Shown: positions 1 through 10,115, counted from the stretch's first letter. The stretch: DNA of 64,000 nucleotides from an uncultured Ignavibacteriaceae bacterium (GCA_964581115.1 CAZOMY010000006.1:314-64313); one strand, 5' to 3'. The notes: a model not told the origin generated them from the sequence alone. Program-made: numbers and translations.

Positions 1-179
1 AATGGCCATTCCACTTGGAATCCGGATCGCCCATTAGCAAACTGAATCATTGGACGGAATACCCATAGAAAAAGGATCCTGCAGGCATTGACTCGAATCC
101 GACATTTGTGTTCATTATTATCGATAAAGTAAACGTTAAAATCACGTTGAAAGACTGCTAGATCGAATTGAGGCAAGAC

Positions 180-1442
180 ATGATCTCTAAGACACCATCA
201 CTGGGACGCTTTTCGCTAGGAATCGGCGATCGCTTCGGAATGGAAGCACCCGCACAGCTTCGCGCACTGCAGAAGGCGCTTGGTCAAGGGGTCGAGGTCA
301 CTCCGGTCTGGAACAAGTCGAACCGTGAGCACACGATCATCGGTACCGAACCGTCGACGGTACGTGCCGCGGCCGACGATGCCGTCAAGTCAGCAGGATG
401 GAAACTGCCTCACTTCGTCGATGCCGACCATATCGGGCTCAAAACGGTCGACCGCTTCATGGCGGCCAGCGATTTCTTTACCATCGATGTCGCCGAAGCC
501 ATCGGAACGCCCGCTCAAGATGCGGCGGTCGACCAGTGGGTCGACATGATCCGTCCGACGCTGAAGCAGGCATCGCATCCCGATCTCAACGGTGACCTTG
601 ATATTACGCCCGAGCAGCTCCGGACGTTCGGAAAGAAATACTCCGCCGCCATCAAGGAGGCGGGTGCCATCTATCGCTACATCCTCAAGGCCAAAGGGGC
701 GACGCCCTTCATCACGGAGGTCTCGGTTGATGAGGCGAACGACCCGCAGCGGCCGTACGAGCTCTATCTGTTCCTGGCCGGGTTGGCGCAAGAAGGGGTC
801 CGCGTCAACACCGTGGCGCCGAAGTTCACGGGTCAGTTCCTGAAAGGCATTGACTACGTCGGCAATATTGCCGCGTTCACAAAGGAGTTCAAGAACGACC
901 TGGCCGTCATTGCCGTGGCGGTCGAGCAGTTCGGCCTTCCGGCAGACCTGAAGCTCAGCGTTCATTCCGGCAGCGACAAGTTCTCCTTGTACCCGATCAT
1001 GGCACAGCTTGTTCGAAGATCGGGAGGTGGTCTGCATCTGAAGACGGCGGGCACGACCTGGCTTGAAGAGGTCATCGGTCTGGCAAGAAGCCCCAAAGGG
1101 CTCGACATCGCCAAACGTATCTACCGTGGCGCGTTCGACAGGTATGACGAACTGCAGAAGCCATACGCGACGGTCATCGACATCGACCGGGCCAAGTTGC
1201 CATCTCCTGCGACGGTTGACGGATGGACATCATCTGAGTATGTGTCGGCCCTCGAGCATGACCAAAAGAACCCGAAATACAGCATCCATGTCCGACAGCT
1301 CGTTCATATCGCCTTTCGCATCGCGGCGGAGATGGGGGACGAGTACCGTCAGGCCCTCCGCGATCACCGCGCCGTCATTGAAGAGGGCGTCGCAAAGAAC
1401 CTGTACGACCGCCATGTACGTCCGCTGTTCATCGAACGATGA
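180..1442 (+). CDS. Putative tagaturonate/fructuronate epimerase-like TIM-barrel sugar-acid epimerase (UxaE-family-like)
   Basis: ORF 168-1442. ATG at 180 is preceded by GAGG 6 nt upstream (the track start at 168 is a TTG). 420 aa, no signal peptide. The N-terminal FSLGIGDRFG motif and protein size resemble Thermotoga-type UxaE. First gene of a block with exuT, uxaC and kduI. The family call is from memory of motifs only; the CDS itself is solid. Confidence 0.45.
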   Translation: MISKTPSLGRFSLGIGDRFGMEAPAQLRALQKALGQGVEVTPVWNKSNREHTIIGTEPSTVRAAADDAVKSAGWKLPHFVDADHIGLKTVDRFMAASDFFTIDVAEAIGTPAQDAAVDQWVDMIRPTLKQASHPDLNGDLDITPEQLRTFGKKYSAAIKEAGAIYRYILKAKGATPFITEVSVDEANDPQRPYELYLFLAGLAQEGVRVNTVAPKFTGQFLKGIDYVGNIAAFTKEFKNDLAVIAVAVEQFGLPADLKLSVHSGSDKFSLYPIMAQLVRRSGGGLHLKTAGTTWLEEVIGLARSPKGLDIAKRIYRGAFDRYDELQKPYATVIDIDRAKLPSPATVDGWTSSEYVSALEHDQKNPKYSIHVRQLVHIAFRIAAEMGDEYRQALRDHRAVIEEGVAKNLYDRHVRPLFIER

Positions 1443-1649
1443 CCTGTCGTCGCGTCGAATACCGATCATGTACACTCACTGTCGTCGTTCCAGCGCCCGG
1501 CACCACGTCGGGCGTTGGGCTTTGAACGCTGCTGTCTCCTCATGACCGGACCTCGCATGTCCCGCACGGTCGCCGTTCAGGATCTTGCGCTCGTCCTGAG
1601 GCCATTCGCGTCTTCGTCCTCCATGATCAATGGTCGACGGCTGTGCGTG

Positions 1650-2531
1650 ATGACAACTGTCGTTCTCACGACATGGATACTCGGCTCCGGATGTGCCGGA
1701 GCCGGAGCGACCCATGACGTGCCCGCCGTCACTGACGTGCGATTCGTAGAGCCCCGTGAGGACCTGGCGTGGGAGAATGACCGTATCGCGTTCCGTGTCT
1801 ACGGACCGGCGCTGGCGGCCGAAGTGAGCAACGGCATCGATGTTTGGTCGAAGCGCGTCTCGTACCCCGTGATCGAGAAATGGTATGCCGGCGACGCGGC
1901 GACGGGACCGGCCAAGCGCTCCTACCATGTCGATCACGGCGAAGGGGCCGATTTCTTCTCGGTCGGCCGAACGTTGGGGTGCGGAGGTTCATCCATCCGC
2001 GACGGGGACTCGCTGATCCAGCCTGGCGTCTTTGCGTCGTACCGCATCATGTCGACGGGGCCGAAGCTCGCTGAGTTCGAGTTGACCTATCCGCCCGTCA
2101 TGTTCCGTGGAAGAGCCGTTCGGGAAAGCCGCCGCGTGGCATTACCGGCTGGCGATCATCTTAATCGGATCGACGTGACATACTCCGTCGAAGGCGATCC
2201 CATCGATGTTCCGTTCGCCATTGGACTGGTGAAGCGCAAAGGCGTCCTCGTCACGCGCAATCCGGCGGACCATTCCATCAGTATCTGGGGACCGATGAAC
2301 GACGATCCGGTCAATGGCGAGTTGGGGATGGGGGCGGTGCTTCCGGGGTCGGCCTTTCGCAAGATCAGCGAAGATGCGACGCATGTGTTGTTGCACGGTG
2401 AGATCAGGTCGGGAGTACCTGTGACCTACTATGCCGGAGCCGGCTGGACAAGAAACGGTCGGATCTCAGTCAAAGCTGATTGGGAATCGATCCTTCGAAG
2501 GACATCAGAGTCTTTCGAATCGCACCCCTAG
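1650..2531 (+). CDS. DUF4861-family lipoprotein (pectin/hexuronate locus-associated)
   Basis: ORF 1515-2531. Internal ATG at 1650 gives MTTVVLTTWILGSGCAGAG, a lipoprotein signal with lipobox Cys. Composition and length are typical of DUF4861 proteins found next to kduI/kduD/uxa genes in Bacteroidota. Confidence 0.55.
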   Translation: MTTVVLTTWILGSGCAGAGATHDVPAVTDVRFVEPREDLAWENDRIAFRVYGPALAAEVSNGIDVWSKRVSYPVIEKWYAGDAATGPAKRSYHVDHGEGADFFSVGRTLGCGGSSIRDGDSLIQPGVFASYRIMSTGPKLAEFELTYPPVMFRGRAVRESRRVALPAGDHLNRIDVTYSVEGDPIDVPFAIGLVKRKGVLVTRNPADHSISIWGPMNDDPVNGELGMGAVLPGSAFRKISEDATHVLLHGEIRSGVPVTYYAGAGWTRNGRISVKADWESILRRTSESFESHP

Positions 2532-2706
2532 GGATTCCGAAAGCCGAATAAGATCTGTGCTTGAGACACGCCAATGTTTCATTGCTCGGCCTGGCCTCAG
2601 CTGAAATCTACTTGCTTCTGAGCCAAAAAGGCCGAAGATTAGGCCTACGTTATCGTTTAAGTAAGAAGTCAATTGTGAAGTCAGATGTTATCGAAAGGAT
2701 GCCCCA

Positions 2707-3981
2707 ATGGAGACCACTGCTCCAAAGATCGGCCGATACCGATGGGTCATCGTCTCACTCCTCTTCTTCGCCACCACCATCAACTATATCGACCGACAGG
2801 TCCTCGGCATCCTCGCGCCGGTCCTCCAAAAGGAGATCGGGTGGAGTGAGATCGAGTACGGGTATATCGTAACGGCATTCCAGCTTGCGTATGCCATAGG
2901 GCTGTTGTTCGCCGGGCGATTGATCGACCGCATTGGCACGAAACTCGGCTTCGCGATCGCTATCGTGGTGTGGAGCGTCGCCGCCATGGGTCACGCGCTG
3001 GCCAAGACGGTGATCGGATTCGGGGCGGCGCGCTTCGCGCTCGGCGTGGGCGAGGCGGCGAACTTCCCGGCGGCGATCAAGGCGACGGCGGAGTGGTTCC
3101 CCAAGAAGGAGCGCGCGTTGGCGACCGGCATCTTCAATTCCGGCGCGAATGTCGGCGCCGTCTTCGCGCCGTTGGTGGTGCCCTGGTTGACGATCGAGTA
3201 CGGCTGGCAGATGGCCTTCATCGTGACCGGTGCGCTCGGTTTCATCTGGCTTGTCTTCTGGTGGCTCGAGTACGAAAGGCCTGAAGTGAGCAAGAAGCTG
3301 GGCCAGCCGGAACTTGAGTACATTCTGAGCGATCCCCCCGAGCCGAGCGTCGCCCAGATCCCCTGGAGGTCGCTCCTTGGCTATCGCCAGACGTGGGCGT
3401 TCATCCTCGGCAAGTTCCTTACCGATCCTATCTGGTGGTTCTATCTCTACTGGCTTCCGAAGTTCCTTAACACGAAATACGACCTCAACATCGCCCAGCT
3501 CGGCCTGCCTCTCATCGTCATATACATGATGACGACGGTCGGCAGCATCGGTGGAGGATGGCTTTCGTCTCGGTTCATTTCGAGCGGGATGGCCATCAAC
3601 AAGGCGCGCAAGCTCGTGATGCTGATCTGTGCGTTGTGCATCGTTCCCATCATGGGTGCGGCGGAGGTTGGCCTGTGGGTCGCCGTTGGACTCATTGCCG
3701 TCGCCGCAGCGGCACACCAGGGCTGGTCGGCGAACATCTTCACGACGGCCTCCGACATGTTCCCGAAGAACGCCGTCGGCTCGGTGGTCGGACTTGGCGG
3801 AATGGCGGGAGCGGTCGGCGGCATGATCCTCGCCACGACGGCCGGCTACATCCTCGAGTTCACCGGCAGTTATTTCATCCTGTTCATCATCTCCGGCTCG
3901 GCGTACCTTCTTGCGCTGGCCATCTTCCATTGGCTTGTGCCCCGCATCGAACCGGTCACGATCACGATTACAGCATCCTGA
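2707..3981 (+). CDS. exuT: MFS transporter, hexuronate transporter ExuT-like (ACS family)
   Basis: 424 aa with about 12 TM segments. The N-terminal motif YRWVIVSLLFFATTINYIDRQVLGILAP and GEAANFPAAIKATAEWFPKKERALATG are characteristic of ExuT / hexuronate and anion:cation symporters. AT-richer promoter region upstream (2532-2706). Confidence 0.8.
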   Translation: METTAPKIGRYRWVIVSLLFFATTINYIDRQVLGILAPVLQKEIGWSEIEYGYIVTAFQLAYAIGLLFAGRLIDRIGTKLGFAIAIVVWSVAAMGHALAKTVIGFGAARFALGVGEAANFPAAIKATAEWFPKKERALATGIFNSGANVGAVFAPLVVPWLTIEYGWQMAFIVTGALGFIWLVFWWLEYERPEVSKKLGQPELEYILSDPPEPSVAQIPWRSLLGYRQTWAFILGKFLTDPIWWFYLYWLPKFLNTKYDLNIAQLGLPLIVIYMMTTVGSIGGGWLSSRFISSGMAINKARKLVMLICALCIVPIMGAAEVGLWVAVGLIAVAAAAHQGWSANIFTTASDMFPKNAVGSVVGLGGMAGAVGGMILATTAGYILEFTGSYFILFIISGSAYLLALAIFHWLVPRIEPVTITITAS

Positions 3982-3990
3982 GGCGATCTC

Positions 3991-4824
3991 ATGACGCTCA
4001 AAGAGTTGTCTGCATCGTATGACCTCTCGGGCATGGCGGCCTTCGTCACGGGAGGCACGGGCGTTCTGTGCAGCGAGATCGCGGTGGCGATGGGGGGATG
4101 CGGCGCGTCGGTGGCCTTGCTGGCCCGCGACCTGAAGAAGGCCGAGCCCGTGGCCGAGCGCGTCCGGATGGCCGGCGGCAAAGCCCTGATCGTTCAAGGA
4201 GACGTGACCGATCCGGCTCAGGTGAAGGAGGCGGTCGACGAAGTCCTCTCGGCGTGGGGAAGGATCGATGCGCTCGTAAACGGGGCTGGCGGGAACGATC
4301 CGAAGGCGACGACAAATCCGTCGCAATCGTTCTTCGATCTGATGCCCGAGGCCATCCGTGGCGTGTTCGACCTCAATATCATGGGGACGATCATTCCGTC
4401 GCAGGTCGTCGGTAAGCACATGGCTTCGCGAAAGCAAGGGATCATTCTCAACGTCTCGTCGATGAGCGCTTTCAGTCCGCTGACGCGGGTCATGGCCTAT
4501 TCCGCGGCCAAGGCCGGGGTCAACAACTTCACGGAGTGGCTGGCGGTGCACATGGCGCAGGAGTACTCGCCGGCCATCCGCGTCAACGCCATCGCCCCCG
4601 GGTTCTTCCTGACCGACCAGAACCGATTCCTCCTGACGGACAAGGAATCCGGCAAGCTGACGGAGCGCGGCCGGAAGATCCTCGATCATACGCCCATGAA
4701 ACGCTTCGGCGAGCCGGCGGACCTGCTCGGTGCATCGCTGTGGCTGCTGTCGCCGCTGTCAAACTTCGTCACGGGCGTCACGGTGCCGGTGGATGGCGGC
4801 TTCGCGGCGTACAGTGGGGTCTGA
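3991..4824 (+). CDS. SDR-family oxidoreductase, UxuB-type (putative D-mannonate/fructuronate oxidoreductase); KduD not excluded
   Basis: 277 aa. Rossmann motif TGGTGVLCSEIA and the YSAAK catalytic motif (MAYSAAKAGV). The GGNDPKATT insertion is typical of Bacteroidota UxuB-type SDRs. Lies 10 nt after exuT. Confidence 0.7.
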   Translation: MTLKELSASYDLSGMAAFVTGGTGVLCSEIAVAMGGCGASVALLARDLKKAEPVAERVRMAGGKALIVQGDVTDPAQVKEAVDEVLSAWGRIDALVNGAGGNDPKATTNPSQSFFDLMPEAIRGVFDLNIMGTIIPSQVVGKHMASRKQGIILNVSSMSAFSPLTRVMAYSAAKAGVNNFTEWLAVHMAQEYSPAIRVNAIAPGFFLTDQNRFLLTDKESGKLTERGRKILDHTPMKRFGEPADLLGASLWLLSPLSNFVTGVTVPVDGGFAAYSGV

Positions 4825-4965
4825 TGATCGTTTCACGCGGCGGCCGCTGTGGAAGCGGCGATCGCGGCGGAAGCAATAGGATCCTTTTCAATTTTCTCCT
4901 CATCATAGACGTTGCGTTCGCGGCACCCGCCGCGTGCGCTGCGCGAAACAACTAACTGAAAGAAC

Positions 4966-6417
4966 ATGGCTTCGGCTGATATCGGTCTCGTCGGTCTCGC
5001 CGTGATGGGCGAGAACCTCGTCCTCAACATGGAAAGTAAAGGGTTCACCGTGGCCGTCTACAACCGGACGGTTGAAAAGGTGGACCAATTCATGAATGGC
5101 CGCGGCAAGGGAAAGAGATTCGTCGCCGCCCACTCGATCGCGGAGCTGGTGGCGGCGCTCAAGCGACCCCGCAAGGTGATGCTGATGGTCAAAGCGGGCA
5201 AGCCGGTCGATGAGTTTATCGAGTTGCTCCGGCCGCATCTGGAGCCGGGTGATATCATCATCGACGGTGGCAACAGCCACTTCCCCGACACGATCCGCCG
5301 GACGAAGGCGTTGGAACAGGGCGGTCTTCTCTACATCGGCACCGGAGTCTCCGGTGGCGAAGAGGGGGCGCTCCTCGGTCCCTCGATCATGCCGGGCGGT
5401 TCGGAGGCGGCCTGGCCGCACGTGAAGCCCATCTTCCAGGCGATCGCCGCGAAGGTGGCCGACGGTACACCGTGTTGCGACTGGGTTGGAGCCGACGGCG
5501 CCGGTCATTTCGTCAAGATGGTCCACAACGGCATCGAGTACGGCGATATGCAGCTCATCGCCGAATCGTATTTCATGATGAAGGAACTGCTCGGACTCTC
5601 GGCCGACGAGATGCACGCTGTTTTCGCCGAGTGGAACAAGGGGGAGCTCGACAGTTACCTGATCGAGATCACGCGCGACATCCTCGGCACGAAGGACGCC
5701 GACGGTTCGCCGCTCGTGGAGAGGATCCTCGACACGGCCGGACAGAAGGGGACCGGGAAGTGGACAGGTGTCGCGGCGCTCGACCTCGGCATTCCGCTGA
5801 CGCTGATCGGCGAGGCGGTCTTCGCCCGCTGCTTGTCGGCGATGAAAGAAGAGCGGGTGAAGGCTTCGAAGATCCTTTCCGGACCCGCGCCGCAGTTCAA
5901 GGGCGACCGGAAAGCTTTTGTGGCCGACCTCGAGAAGGCGCTCTACGCGTCAAAGCTCGTTTCGTACGCGCAGGGCTATATGCTGATGCAAGAGGCCGCC
6001 AAGGAGCATGGATGGAAGCTCAACTACGGCGGTATCGCCCTCCTCTGGCGCGGCGGATGCATCATCCGGTCGGCCTTCCTGGGCAAGATCAAGGAGGCGT
6101 TCGATCGGCAGTCCGACCTGAGCAATCTTCTGTTCGACCCGTTCTTCCAGAAGAAAATGGCCGACGCGCAGGCTGCGTGGCGGCGCGTCGTGTCGACGGC
6201 CGTGGAGAACGGATTGTGGATCCCGGCGCACGCAACGGCGCTCGCGTTCTACGACGGGCTCCGCAATGGACGGTTGCCGGCGAACCTGTTGCAGGCCCAG
6301 CGCGACTACTTTGGAGCGCATCAGTACGAGCGCACCGACGAGCCGCGCGGGAAGTTCTTCCACACGAACTGGACCGGCCGCGGCGGCGCGACGGCGTCGT
6401 CAACGTATACTGTTTAG
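4966..6417 (+). CDS. gnd: 6-phosphogluconate dehydrogenase, decarboxylating
   Basis: 483 aa. N-terminal ADIGLVGLAVMGENLVLNMESKGFTVAVYNRT is the canonical Gnd NADP-binding region, with full-length similarity to Gnd. Confidence 0.95.
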   Translation: MASADIGLVGLAVMGENLVLNMESKGFTVAVYNRTVEKVDQFMNGRGKGKRFVAAHSIAELVAALKRPRKVMLMVKAGKPVDEFIELLRPHLEPGDIIIDGGNSHFPDTIRRTKALEQGGLLYIGTGVSGGEEGALLGPSIMPGGSEAAWPHVKPIFQAIAAKVADGTPCCDWVGADGAGHFVKMVHNGIEYGDMQLIAESYFMMKELLGLSADEMHAVFAEWNKGELDSYLIEITRDILGTKDADGSPLVERILDTAGQKGTGKWTGVAALDLGIPLTLIGEAVFARCLSAMKEERVKASKILSGPAPQFKGDRKAFVADLEKALYASKLVSYAQGYMLMQEAAKEHGWKLNYGGIALLWRGGCIIRSAFLGKIKEAFDRQSDLSNLLFDPFFQKKMADAQAAWRRVVSTAVENGLWIPAHATALAFYDGLRNGRLPANLLQAQRDYFGAHQYERTDEPRGKFFHTNWTGRGGATASSTYTV

Positions 6418-6538
6418 AAGCGAACTCACGCAATGTCGCTAAGGCGCAAGGACAATGTCTCTTTCCGCCTGGAACTCTTCGTTGCGCCATTGCGTCGTGG
6501 CGTGATGTCTTCGTCCTAAGGATGCGGCAGGACCTCTT

Positions 6539-7690
6539 GTGAAGCTAGTCATCGTTGCTGACCAGAACATTCCATTCGTCGCGGAGATGTACGCCGGAGT
6601 GGCTGACCTGCGCTCCGTCGACGGCCATGCGATCACGCCGGCGGCTGTGCGGGATGCGGACATTCTCCTCGTCCGATCGGTGACGCCGGTGACGCGAGAG
6701 TTGCTCGACGGAAGTCGCGTTCGGTTTGTGGGAACGGCGACGATCGGCCACGATCATGTCGACCGGGTCTATCTGGACGAGCGCGGCATCGCCTTTGTCA
6801 GCGCTCCCGGCAGCAACGCCAACTCGGTCTCGGAATATGTGACCGCGGCCCTCCTCGAAGCGGCCGATCGGTTGGGTTGGACGCTGAGAGGCAAGACGAT
6901 CGGGGTCATCGGCGTCGGAAACGTCGGCCGTCGCGTGGTGCAGAAGGCCGAGGCCCTTGGACTGAAGGTCCTGAAGAATGACCCTCCCGTACAACGAGCG
7001 ACGGGAGACGCGTCGTACGTCACGCTCGACGAAGCTCTGACCGCCGATATCGTCACGTGCCACGTGCCGCTCACGCGCACGGGTGAGGACGCGACGCATC
7101 ATCTGATCAACGCCGAGCGCATGTTGCGAATGCGGCCGGGTGCGCTTCTGCTGAACTCATCGCGGGGAGCTGTCGTCGACGGCTCGGCACTCAAGGCGAA
7201 TATTCGCTCGGGACGCTTGTCGGCGATCCTGGATGTCTGGGAAGGGGAACCGAAGATCGACGCAGAACTCCTCGAAGAGGTGCTGGTCGGAACGCCTCAC
7301 ATCGCGGGTTATTCAACGGAGGGCAAGACGAACGGCTCGATCATGCTCTACGAGGCCGTGTGCCGGTATCTGGGCATTTCGGCGACGTGGAGTGTCGACG
7401 GGAAACTGCCGCCCCCCGAACATGCGTCGATCGTCCCGGAGGGGAGCGACGACGAATCCCGACTGCGTTCGGTGATCCGTAAGGCGTATCCGATCATACG
7501 AGACGACGCCCGGCTTCGCGAGATGCTGACGATGGATCCCGACAAGCGCGCCGAACATTTCAAGCGGCTCCGTTCGCACTATCCGGTCCGCCGCGAATTC
7601 CCAGCTGTTGAAGTCATCATCGGACACAACCGTCCGCCTCTTTCCGGCGTGCTGCACAGACTGGGTTTCAAGGTCGTGAGCGTCCCGTGA
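6539..7690 (+). CDS. pdxB: Erythronate-4-phosphate dehydrogenase
   Basis: 383 aa, GTG start. Aligns along its length with E. coli PdxB (VRSVTPV, FVGTATIGHDHVD, GVIGVGNVGRR, LDVWEGEP, HIAGYS). It includes the PdxB-specific C-terminal dimerisation domain (FKRLRSHYPVRREF). Confidence 0.85.
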   Translation: MKLVIVADQNIPFVAEMYAGVADLRSVDGHAITPAAVRDADILLVRSVTPVTRELLDGSRVRFVGTATIGHDHVDRVYLDERGIAFVSAPGSNANSVSEYVTAALLEAADRLGWTLRGKTIGVIGVGNVGRRVVQKAEALGLKVLKNDPPVQRATGDASYVTLDEALTADIVTCHVPLTRTGEDATHHLINAERMLRMRPGALLLNSSRGAVVDGSALKANIRSGRLSAILDVWEGEPKIDAELLEEVLVGTPHIAGYSTEGKTNGSIMLYEAVCRYLGISATWSVDGKLPPPEHASIVPEGSDDESRLRSVIRKAYPIIRDDARLREMLTMDPDKRAEHFKRLRSHYPVRREFPAVEVIIGHNRPPLSGVLHRLGFKVVSVP

Positions 7691-7694
7691 GCTC

Positions 7695-9020
7695 ATGCCG
7701 TCGAATGATCTCTCAACTTCATTCATTTTCTTTGCGTTCTTTGCGGCAATCACCTTCCCCATGATCGGCACCGGCTCACCCGATAACCTCCTCACGGACG
7801 ACCAGGTCCGCGACATCTGCGCCTCGTTCGTCGATGCGCACCAGCTGGCCGGCAAACGCGTGCTCGGGATCATTCCCGATCATACGCGATCGGCGCCGAT
7901 CGATCTGATGTTCCGAACGCTCTACGACCTCCTCGGCCGCGGCAACGGTGCATTCGACCTCCTCATTGCGCTCGGCACGCATCCGCCCATGTCAGAAAGC
8001 GCGATCGACAAGCGGCTCGGTCTTGCTCCGGGAGAGCGGGCATCGAAGTTCGGCCGAACGAAGGTCGTCAATCACGCATGGGACGACCCTGCTCAGCTGC
8101 GGAGGATCGGGTCCTTCAGCGGCGATCGGATCGCGGAGTTGAGCGAAGGTCTTCTGCGCGAATCGGTCGACATCACGATCAACAAGCTGGTCTTCGACTA
8201 TGACGTCGTGCTCATCATCGGCCCGACGTTTCCGCACGAGGTCGTCGGCTTCTCGGGAGGCAACAAGTATCTCTTCCCCGGCATATCAGGCCGGGAGATC
8301 ATCGACCTGTTCCACTGGCTCGGAGCGCTCATCACGAACCCGCGCATCATCGGCAAGAAGTGGACGCCCGTGCGGGCCGTGGTCGACGCATCAGCGGCGC
8401 TCCTCTCGGTTCCGCGGCTCTGCCTCAGCATGGTCGTGGACCGGCACGAACTGGCGGGTCTCTACGGGGGAACGCCGGAGGAAGCGTGGTCGGCCGCCGC
8501 CGACCTCTCCGATCGTATCCACATCGTCTATAAGGACCGTGCGTACTCGAGCGTTCTATCGTGCGCTCCGACGATGTACGACGAATTGTGGGTGGGGGGC
8601 AAATGCGCCTACAAGCTGGAGCCGGTGGTCGCCGACGGTGGCGAGCTGATCATCTATGCCCCGCACATCGACGAGATCTCGGTCACGCACGGCACGCTCA
8701 TTCGAAAGATCGGCTACCACGTGCGCGACTATTTCACGGCGCAGGCCGACCGTTTCGCCGGCATCCCGAAAGGCGTGCTGGCCCATTCCACGCATGTCAA
8801 GGGCATCGGATCCTACCGCGACGGACACGAAGAGCCTCGCATCCGCGTGACGCTTGCCACCGGCATCCCGGAGGAGGTCTGTCGAGCCATCAATCTTGGC
8901 TATCGCGACCCGCAATCGATCGACCCGATCGCGTGGATGGCGAAGGAAGAGCAGGGTTTCCTGCACGTGCCGAAGGCCGGAGAGATCCTCTACCGTCTGA
9001 CGAACGACCCATTTCACTGA
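7695..9020 (+). CDS. LarA-family protein (nickel-pincer-dependent lactate racemase-like 2-hydroxyacid racemase/epimerase; DUF2088)
   Basis: 441 aa. LarA motifs are conserved: PDHTRS (SDHTRP in LarA), ALGTHPPMSESA (ATGFHRPSTHEE), and GFSGGNKYLFPGISG (GFSGGRKSVLPGIAS, containing the NPN-tethering Lys). The N-terminal 22 aa are low-complexity, so the true start may be ATG at 7761 (MIGTGSP). Confidence 0.75.
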   Translation: MPSNDLSTSFIFFAFFAAITFPMIGTGSPDNLLTDDQVRDICASFVDAHQLAGKRVLGIIPDHTRSAPIDLMFRTLYDLLGRGNGAFDLLIALGTHPPMSESAIDKRLGLAPGERASKFGRTKVVNHAWDDPAQLRRIGSFSGDRIAELSEGLLRESVDITINKLVFDYDVVLIIGPTFPHEVVGFSGGNKYLFPGISGREIIDLFHWLGALITNPRIIGKKWTPVRAVVDASAALLSVPRLCLSMVVDRHELAGLYGGTPEEAWSAAADLSDRIHIVYKDRAYSSVLSCAPTMYDELWVGGKCAYKLEPVVADGGELIIYAPHIDEISVTHGTLIRKIGYHVRDYFTAQADRFAGIPKGVLAHSTHVKGIGSYRDGHEEPRIRVTLATGIPEEVCRAINLGYRDPQSIDPIAWMAKEEQGFLHVPKAGEILYRLTNDPFH

Positions 9021-9032
9021 TCAGGAGTCACC

Positions 9033-10115
9033 ATGGCGTCAACGTTTTCCATCCCCACAACCGGAGAGCTCGACCTCGTCAGTCTCGGCGCGCTCGTTCA
9101 TCGGCTTGACCCCGGCGTCATCCCGTTCCGGAAGGCGACGCACTGTGCCATTCATGTCAGCGGCGGCGAGTTCAACGTGGCTGCCAACCTGGCCGACTGC
9201 TTCCGGTTGAAGACGGGGATCGTAACGGCGATGGTAGACTATCCGATCGGCGACCTCATTGCGGAGCGTGTGCGGGCGATGGGTGTCCGACCGTTCTACA
9301 AGCGGTACGTGCACAATGGCGTGAACGGACCGAATATGGCAACAGTCTACAGCGATCAGGGATTCGGCGTGCGGGCGCCGGTCGTCTTCTACAATCGTTC
9401 AAACGAAGCCGCCGCACTGCTGAAGCCGGGCGACATCGACTGGAAAGAGGTCTTTGCGGGTGGCGTGCGGTGGTTCCACAGCGGCGGCATCTTTGCGGCC
9501 CTCTCGGCGACGACGGGCGAACTGATCGTGGAAGGGATGAAGGCAGCCAAGGCGGCGGGGGCCGTGACGAGTTTCGACCTGAATTTTCGAGCAAAGCTTT
9601 GGAACATTTGGGGAGGCGAAAAGAAGGCCGTGGAGGTCGTTGCCCGCATCGTAGAGCACGTCGACGTTCTCGTCGGCAACGAAGAGGACCTGCAGAAGGG
9701 CCTCGGCATCCCCGGCCCTGAGGTGGCCGCGAAGTCTGAACTCGATCCCTCGGCCTTCCTGGCGATGATGGACTCGGTCGTTAAGAAGTATCCGAAGGTC
9801 AAAGCGGTCGCAACGACCCTCCGCGAGGTCCACAGCACGAATCGCCATCGCTGGAGCGCCGTGGCGTGGGTCGAAGGGAAGGCCTATCGGGCACCGACCT
9901 GCGATCTGGACGTCATCGATCGCGTGGGCGGCGGTGACGGCTTCGCGGCGGGATTCATCTACGGCTTGCTCGCTGGCGAGTCGCCCGAGACGGCCATCAA
10001 GCTGGGCTGGGCACACGGCGCGCTCCTGACGACGTTCCCCGGCGACACGACGATGGCGACCGTCGAGCAGGTCAAGGCGTTCGCGGCGGGCGGCTCGGCG
10101 AGAATTCAGCGGTGA
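9033..10115 (+). CDS. PfkB-family sugar kinase, 2-dehydro-3-deoxygluconokinase (KdgK)-like
   Basis: 360 aa. Ribokinase/PfkB fold with the C-terminal signature DRVGGGDGFAAGFIYGLL. Lies between the larA-like gene and kduI. Substrate not determinable from sequence. Confidence 0.7.
   Translation: MASTFSIPTTGELDLVSLGALVHRLDPGVIPFRKATHCAIHVSGGEFNVAANLADCFRLKTGIVTAMVDYPIGDLIAERVRAMGVRPFYKRYVHNGVNGPNMATVYSDQGFGVRAPVVFYNRSNEAAALLKPGDIDWKEVFAGGVRWFHSGGIFAALSATTGELIVEGMKAAKAAGAVTSFDLNFRAKLWNIWGGEKKAVEVVARIVEHVDVLVGNEEDLQKGLGIPGPEVAAKSELDPSAFLAMMDSVVKKYPKVKAVATTLREVHSTNRHRWSAVAWVEGKAYRAPTCDLDVIDRVGGGDGFAAGFIYGLLAGESPETAIKLGWAHGALLTTFPGDTTMATVEQVKAFAAGGSARIQR

Noticed and set aside
2755-4689. 644-aa ORF on the minus strand
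   Set aside because: It lies entirely antisense to the well-supported exuT and SDR genes. The translation is R/D/E/G/H-rich low-complexity sequence typical of high-GC antisense frames, with no recognisable domain.
5472-6542. 356-aa alternative-frame ORF inside gnd
   Set aside because: Gnd is unambiguous in the other frame. This translation is an Arg-rich artefact.
6539-7690. PdxB reinterpreted as a sugar-acid dehydrogenase of the hexuronate pathway
   Set aside because: It carries the PdxB-specific C-terminal dimerisation domain and aligns end to end with E. coli PdxB. I kept the pdxB call and left the pathway idea only as a remark in the locus finding.
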